NCBI GenBank assembly: GCA_018985225.1
Contig: JADGIF010000355.1
Span: 1 to 10,221, forward strand
Direction: 5' to 3'
DNA: 10,221 bases
Source: Amoeboradix gromovi X-113
Taxonomy: Eukaryota; Fungi; Sanchytriomycota
Positions 5,218 through 10,221 of the stretch are shown piece after piece. Each line of letters begins with the position of its first letter. The first letter of the stretch is position 1. Both the position numbers and the translations under genes were made by a program. The notes below the pieces were generated by a model. The model did not search any database, had not been told where the DNA came from, and saw only the letters and a list, made by a program, of their open reading frames with translations.

Positions 5218-5929
5218 TTAGCGATAAATGCTCTCATGCTCCAAATTTCTGGCTATTTCACTTTCCCATTTATCGCCATTTTCTAGTAGCTTATCCTTGT
5301 TGTATAGTAATTCCTCATGTGTTTCTGTAGCGTATTCAAAATTACTGGTTTCTACGATTGCATCAACTGGGCCTAGGTTAGTAAGGGTTACAAGCTTCTT
5401 GGCATAATCCACAATAAATGCACTTAGTCATATCAATATCATAACGAGTAGTTCTTCGGCTTCCATCACTGCGAGTCTCAGCCTCAATCGTAATTGCTAA
5501 AGCAGGGCACACAGCTTCACACAATTTGCAAGCAATACATCTTTCTTCACCGCTAGGATACCTGCGAAGTGCGTGCTCACCTCTAAATCGTGGGGAAATC
5601 GGTCCTTTTTCAAAGGGATAGTTCAAAGTATATGCAGGTTTAAAGAATGACTCTAACACCAGATAAGCACCTCTAAATAGCTCAGTTAAAAACAAAGTAG
5701 AGGTGATTTTGTCTATCATTGAGGGATTAGAATATTTTAGTTGATGCTCGTACCAGTAATGTGTATGTGCTTCTTTCTTATCCTCTAACTTAAAAACTTC
5801 GCTGACTTTGTCCTGAAGATAGTATGTAGTAGACTGTTTCTCTGCCACTTTGTACTCTGCCACATGCCCATCTACTGTTTTGTATGGAACCGGTTTTAAT
5901 TGCTTTTGCATAAGTACTCTGCGAAACAT
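5218..5929 (-). CDS. NDUFS8: NADH:ubiquinone oxidoreductase 23-kDa Fe-S subunit (TYKY/NuoI); two exons, 5929-5392 and 5372-5218, 230 aa
   Basis: Motifs [39 protein letters not shown] and [11 protein letters not shown]|PVDAIVE...[21 protein letters not shown]. The two track ORFs (5378-5929 and 5218-5412) join in frame when 5373-5391 is removed (538+155=693 nt). N-terminus [12 protein letters not shown] resembles a presequence. Confidence 0.96.
5373..5391 (-). other. 19-nt spliceosomal (GT-AG) intron with TACTAAC branch site
   Basis: Minus strand reads GCT T[GTAACCCTTACTAACCTAG]GC CCA GTT GAT. Removal gives GCT TGC CCA GTT GAT = ACPVD, the invariant motif. Confidence 0.92.
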
Positions 5930-6113
5930 AGTTTCAGAGCGATAATAATTTATAATTGTTTTTTCACTAATATTTTCGAATTGATGTGACGTCCTTGTAC
6001 CTAGCCAAGCAATGGATTTCGAACTTGAAGTAGTTTTACTAATTTTAAATTCAGCATTTAATGCGGAATAGCAAGACCTCTTTACTGATTAAACATAATA
6101 TATAACTTTTTTA

Positions 6114-6734
6114 CTATTTAAGTCCAGCCATTTGGCCTGCAGCGCTTGTTTGTAGCAAGCCAACAATTAATCCAAACAATCCAATAACGCTTCCGAATAT
6201 TTCAACAACCAGCACCTTGACAAACAACTGAGAGTTATGAGCATCCGCCAGTGCAGTGGCACTTCCGCTAATGCCTATTGTTATACCACATAACAGGTTA
6301 CAAATACCAACTGTTAAACCACTCCAAAACAGAGCATAACCAGTGAAATAATCATCATCACCATATGAGGAGACTGCAGCTAGCTTACCACTAAATACTA
6401 TAGCTATGATAATTCCATAAATGGCTACGGCTTCACAAAAAATGATAGATATTAAATTCTTAGTTTTTATGCGAGGAACCCTAACTCCAGCTCCCAATAT
6501 TGAGGCACCGACTATATAGATACCAAGTGCAGCACCTACGACGCTTAGTCCAATGCTAAAACCGATTCCCAAACTAGCAAACGCAAAAGGCGAGATTCCA
6601 TCTTTCCCGTATAAAAATCTTCCTGGTGAAAAATCCTCTCCATGGTTAGTAAACAACATATTGAGTCCAATTATTATGCTCACAATTATAATTGCATAGA
6701 TATAATAGTAATAAGAACTGTAGCCGTATCCCAT
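6114..6734 (-). CDS. VMA16: V-type ATPase V0 proteolipid subunit c''
   Basis: [46 protein letters not shown] (essential Glu), [32 protein letters not shown], plus the extra N-terminal TM helix typical of c''. Confidence 0.95.
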   Translation of the reverse strand: MGYGYSSYYYYIYAIIIVSIIIGLNMLFTNHGEDFSPGRFLYGKDGISPFAFASLGIGFSIGLSVVGAALGIYIVGASILGAGVRVPRIKTKNLISIIFCEAVAIYGIIIAIVFSGKLAAVSSYGDDDYFTGYALFWSGLTVGICNLLCGITIGISGSATALADAHNSQLFVKVLVVEIFGSVIGLFGLIVGLLQTSAAGQMAGLK

Positions 6735-6861
6735 TTAAGAAGTTTGTAGTAACAAGGAGGACGAGAAAAAGAAACTGTTAACAATGGCTTCGTTAAAAGT
6801 CTTGCATGTGCCATATGATTTGCGAATGCTTTTTGATATTTCCGTTTACTTGGACAGGCAG

Positions 6862-6872
6862 TCTGATTGGAT
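6862..6872 (-). promoter_or_regulatory. CCAAT box in the 182-bp divergent promoter between VMA16 and the 768-aa gene
   Basis: TCTGATTGGAT, identical to 2835-2845, about 45 bp upstream of ATG 6917. Confidence 0.45.
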
Positions 6873-6916
6873 GAAATCGCTAGGCAATCTATTTATTATC
6901 ATGACTGGAATTCTTC

Positions 6917-9223
6917 ATGAACAGTCGAAAAAAAGAAATGGAGAAGCAAATCGAAGGTATCAGTCCTAGTAGTTCACAGCGCCACTCTTATGATTCTCAA
7001 CAAGATCAAGATACCGGCGATCTTGTCATCCAATATATGGACTATGACGGTCAAAATCCAGAATCAGACTGCGATACAGAAGATTTAGAGCATGGTGTAA
7101 CGGAAAGATCTATTGATTATCAGCAAGATATTAAGAACTACTTGTCCCCTGATTTTGAACAAGAAGTGACTGAATTAGAAAGTTCAGAGTCAGAAGAGGA
7201 TTTAAGCAAGACTAAATCTAACTCGTTCCCTCAAGCAGATGCAGATGAAGCTACCAAGATATTAGATTATCATGATGGAGACTCTCCTGCCCATGAAATA
7301 CAGTCAGAAACAATAAACTATACAAACTCCGATACTATCGATAATGATAGTGTTGAATATAATATACCTGATGACCATCTACCAGACTCAAGTATCAGAT
7401 TGTCACAGTTTGATGAGTTTGAATTTCTAAACCAAAATATCGATTTATCTCTTGATCGTCCTGGCTTCAAGATTGATTCTAAGACAAATTCAGTCACAGA
7501 TATTGATGCTCCCCTTGACCATACCTATTCTAATACTAATAACACTGCTGATTCACTTGATCGGTATTACACTAGTTCAGTGGAAGACCTTAATGATTCT
7601 GTCGACGATGTTGAAACATCTTTTGATAGATACTACACAAACAATTACAATACAATTAATGCTGAACCAAATTCAGAGGACCTGGTTGCTACTGAGGAGC
7701 ATCTAATTGCTGTTGAAAACGATTCACCCGAGACTGAGAGCAATTTCGAGGAATCTAAAATAAATGCGACAGAATTGGATGAAAAAGTTGCCGAAGAAGT
7801 GGACGACAAAATAGAGTTACGTGAAGTGCCATCCGAAGACTCTCCTCCGTCAAGCTCTGGGTCTTCTTCTGGAAGCGCTGATGATCCAACTACTGAGCTC
7901 AAATCTAGTCCAATTAACCCCCTTAGCCCTATTTCTGAAAACACACTATTTACGCCATCTGATGCTGATCCCGTTCCTAAAATTCCAACTGATATCTCAT
8001 CGGTTTCAAATGATCCTGATGCCACCCTTGACAGATACTACACTAAAAAAGACTCAACAATAATCGCTGCAACATCGGCAGACGAGTTAAAGCCATTAGA
8101 AGCACCAGTTAAGTCCGCTGCACTTGAGAAAGCTGCAGAATCTTCAACGCCAGCCAACTTAACTAGGATGGACTCAATTAACAGCAATAGCAGTATGACT
8201 TTTAAAAGTGATTCACTTGTAAATATTGACTATTTGCTAGAGAATCGAATCAAAAACCAATTTAAACAAGTTCTTCACTCCAGTTCTAATCCAGACATAG
8301 TTCTTGGTAAAAGTAGGATATCTGCTAAATTTGATGACACGTCATCCACAATGAGCAGCAGCTCTGCCCCAGCTATTGAAAGGAATCTTAAAAATATTAC
8401 TAGTCGAAGTGATTCTCAAGCTGTGCCTAAAATAATAGAGCCAATAACTGCTGAGAACAACAGTGCAGCGATATTGGGATCCAAGTCGCTACCGAATCTA
8501 CAGAGATTGAATTCAGAAGGAAATAGAAGGACCCGCTTGTCATCGTACTATATAGGCCATTTAGAAGAGGACGATAAATTCGAGGCTGAGGATGTAGAAA
8601 TACCTAATCATGTTATACAAATAGAACGAAAGAATAGCTTTCGGACTAAAGTGCATCAAAGAAAAGAAGAATTAAACCAAAAGTATTTCAGCTTGATGGA
8701 TGACCTGGAGAACAAACCAGGTAGCAAACGAGTAAGAAATCTCAAGCTTGTAGTGTGTGGATGCTGTAGTCTTCTTTTATTGCTAATATTGGGGTCTATA
8801 TCCATTGCTGTCTTAAATCTCGTTATCGGACCAGCAGTTATTAACGCAGTAGGTCAAGCACCAACAGCAACTATATCTGGATCCACATACTCGTGGGTAT
8901 TAACAGCCACTGTGAAGAACAATGGTGGAGTTCCACTAACCATAAGCCTCAAAGACGCGGTGGTAACTCTAAACCCAAAAGGGAACGGCCCTAAGCCTCG
9001 GTTAAGTAGTACATTTACTAACATGAAAGAAATTGACGCCCATTCTCAGCAGCAAATTAGCTTCACGACCAGCGTGGATGTGACTTCATCCTTGACAGCT
9101 ATTTGTGAAACTCAATTGACATTCGGAGTGTTGAATTTATCATTTCAAAGCACCGGGGTCTTGGTTCTACCAGATTCATTTTCTTCGACGTTCCAATTGT
9201 TGTGCCCAAGTGGTGGAGGATGA
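6917..9223 (+). CDS. Hypothetical type II single-pass membrane protein: long acidic/Ser-rich disordered N-terminus, TM helix, C-terminal beta-rich (LEA_2-like) domain
   Basis: 768-aa open frame. About 600 aa of D/E/S/T/N-rich sequence precede basic KRVRNLK and hydrophobic VVCGCCSLLLLLILGSISIAVLNLVIG (about 8750-8830). WVLTATVKNNGGVPLTI resembles the LEA_2 'vxNxNxxxi' strand. The domain call is an inference. Confidence 0.8.
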   Translation: MNSRKKEMEKQIEGISPSSSQRHSYDSQQDQDTGDLVIQYMDYDGQNPESDCDTEDLEHGVTERSIDYQQDIKNYLSPDFEQEVTELESSESEEDLSKTKSNSFPQADADEATKILDYHDGDSPAHEIQSETINYTNSDTIDNDSVEYNIPDDHLPDSSIRLSQFDEFEFLNQNIDLSLDRPGFKIDSKTNSVTDIDAPLDHTYSNTNNTADSLDRYYTSSVEDLNDSVDDVETSFDRYYTNNYNTINAEPNSEDLVATEEHLIAVENDSPETESNFEESKINATELDEKVAEEVDDKIELREVPSEDSPPSSSGSSSGSADDPTTELKSSPINPLSPISENTLFTPSDADPVPKIPTDISSVSNDPDATLDRYYTKKDSTIIAATSADELKPLEAPVKSAALEKAAESSTPANLTRMDSINSNSSMTFKSDSLVNIDYLLENRIKNQFKQVLHSSSNPDIVLGKSRISAKFDDTSSTMSSSSAPAIERNLKNITSRSDSQAVPKIIEPITAENNSAAILGSKSLPNLQRLNSEGNRRTRLSSYYIGHLEEDDKFEAEDVEIPNHVIQIERKNSFRTKVHQRKEELNQKYFSLMDDLENKPGSKRVRNLKLVVCGCCSLLLLLILGSISIAVLNLVIGPAVINAVGQAPTATISGSTYSWVLTATVKNNGGVPLTISLKDAVVTLNPKGNGPKPRLSSTFTNMKEIDAHSQQQISFTTSVDVTSSLTAICETQLTFGVLNLSFQSTGVLVLPDSFSSTFQLLCPSGGG

Positions 9224-9375
9224 GTTTACAATGAAAAAATGAATAAACTAATCGCTCTTGGTAAAAATGTGATCTTTCAGTTTTTCCAATGGTCCTTTCA
9301 TTAATATGAGGCCAGCTACAACGCGCAGTTTTATGATTTTTCCTACAGGATTAAAAAAATATTATTTATTTCCAT

Positions 9376-9774
9376 TTAGCCACCCAGCTCATCAACCACG
9401 CGTCCGTTTAATTGAGCTTCTATATTCACTTTGTTTATAGTATCTATTTCACTTTTTTGGATGCCATCAATCTCTTGCTTTTGAATCCTACCCAGCATAG
9501 TTTGAAAATATTTCGATTGTTGGTCCTCAGTCATGTCTTTAACCGAGTACAAAAATATAGAGCATCTACGTAAATGACCCTTATAGTGATCCGGGCGACC
9601 CTTTACCTTAATCTTCTTGCTGCAGAATAAGCAAGCTGTTTTCTCCTCGTGAACACTTCTTAAATGTCTAGTTAGTGTTCTTTTGGGATTGCTGCCATCA
9701 AATACGCGGTAGCAGATATTGCACTGAGCCGAAGTAGTGGTCTTTTCCGAATTCAATAATTCAGAAATATCCAT
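9376..9774 (-). CDS. Small zinc-finger protein (one C2H2 and one C2HC finger), probable transcription factor
   Basis: CNICYRVF...TLTRHLRSVH and CLFCSKKI...HYKGHLRRC. AATAAA follows the stop (minus strand, 9365-9370). Confidence 0.8.
   Translation of the reverse strand: MDISELLNSEKTTTSAQCNICYRVFDGSNPKRTLTRHLRSVHEEKTACLFCSKKIKVKGRPDHYKGHLRRCSIFLYSVKDMTEDQQSKYFQTMLGRIQKQEIDGIQKSEIDTINKVNIEAQLNGRVVDELGG
9415..9486 (-). repeat. Degenerate 24-nt (8-aa) coding tandem repeat, 3 copies
   Basis: IQKQEIDG / IQKSEIDT / INKVNIEA (aa 97-120 of the zinc-finger protein). Confidence 0.55.
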
Positions 9775-10221
9775 TTTTGGCCTAGTAGATGCTCGGCTTG
9801 CTCAATTATACTTTACTCATCCTATACAAAGAGCATTCCTATTATTAAATAATCTAAGCGACCATTATTGAGGTTGAATAGTCTCCTAAAAAATATCGAT
9901 GCAATCAAATCTTAAGAAACTGGTCCATGGTTCGATTGCATGCGGGTTTTGGGCAAATTGAATCTAATTACTAAAAGCTGCAGAAGCCTGGAATTTCTCT
10001 TAATTGTGCTTTTAAGTCAAAGTGAACATTCTTTTAAGATTCTGATATTTGGCAAGAATTTGAAAATATCGAAAATTATGAGCTTATTCAAGAATCAATG
10101 TCATTTTTGTGTTCTTTTTAGAACATTAAAACCTTAAACAAAACTCAATCCTTGAGAAAAAATGAATCAAAGAAATAGGGCTAGCTATCGTGGTTTCGAT
10201 CGAATAAATCATTTACTGTGA

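Noticed and set aside
5377-5390. Telomere-like GTTAGTAAGGGTTA
   Set aside because: It is simply the reverse complement of the 19-nt intron.
5218-5412. NDUFS8 as a frameshifted pseudogene, or the 64-aa ORF as a separate gene
   Set aside because: An exact GT...TACTAAC..AG excision restores the invariant sequence, so the ORF is exon 2.
2022-5929. Cluster of three mitochondrial-function genes (EF-Ts, mL58, NDUFS8)
   Set aside because: Different pathways and strands, with a MAPK in between; plausible by chance in a compact housekeeping-rich genome.
6784-8063. ORFs 6784-6969, 7452-7706, 7645-8025 and 7821-8063
   Set aside because: Alternative-frame or antisense shadows of the low-complexity 768-aa gene and its promoter.
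9921-9950. tRNA-like TGGTC-CATGG-TTCGATT-GCATG (variable loop plus T-arm)
   Set aside because: The G53-C61 pair is broken, and no anticodon arm, D-arm or acceptor stem is found upstream.
9940-10137. 65-aa plus-strand ORF
   Set aside because: AT-rich composition, no motif, and no stop-proximal AATAAA; probably chance.

Overview
AT-rich, very gene-dense eukaryotic DNA, most likely from an early-diverging (probably zoosporic) fungus. Evidence: a Fus3/Kss1-type MAPK, fungal mitoribosomal protein mL58, mitochondrial EF-Ts, complex I subunit NDUFS8, V-ATPase c'' and a Tubby-domain protein, all in the standard genetic code. Genes are nearly intronless, and most have AATAAA within about 20 nt of the stop codon. 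Two things stand out. (1) A 19-nt spliceosomal intron (GTAACCCT-TACTAAC-CTAG) must be removed from NDUFS8 to rebuild an Fe-S ligand Cys. (2) The longest ORF-free gap between genes (about 4040-4670) is densely self-complementary on the + strand, with a 23-bp long-range helix, many hairpins and three crossing long-range pairings. It looks like an unannotated ~600-nt structured RNA whose family I cannot assign by eye. Also notable are a Sld2/RecQ4-N-like module fused to a Tubby domain, and an orphan type II membrane protein with a repeated [ST][LF]DRYYT motif. All structures were derived by hand; no folding program or database search was run.
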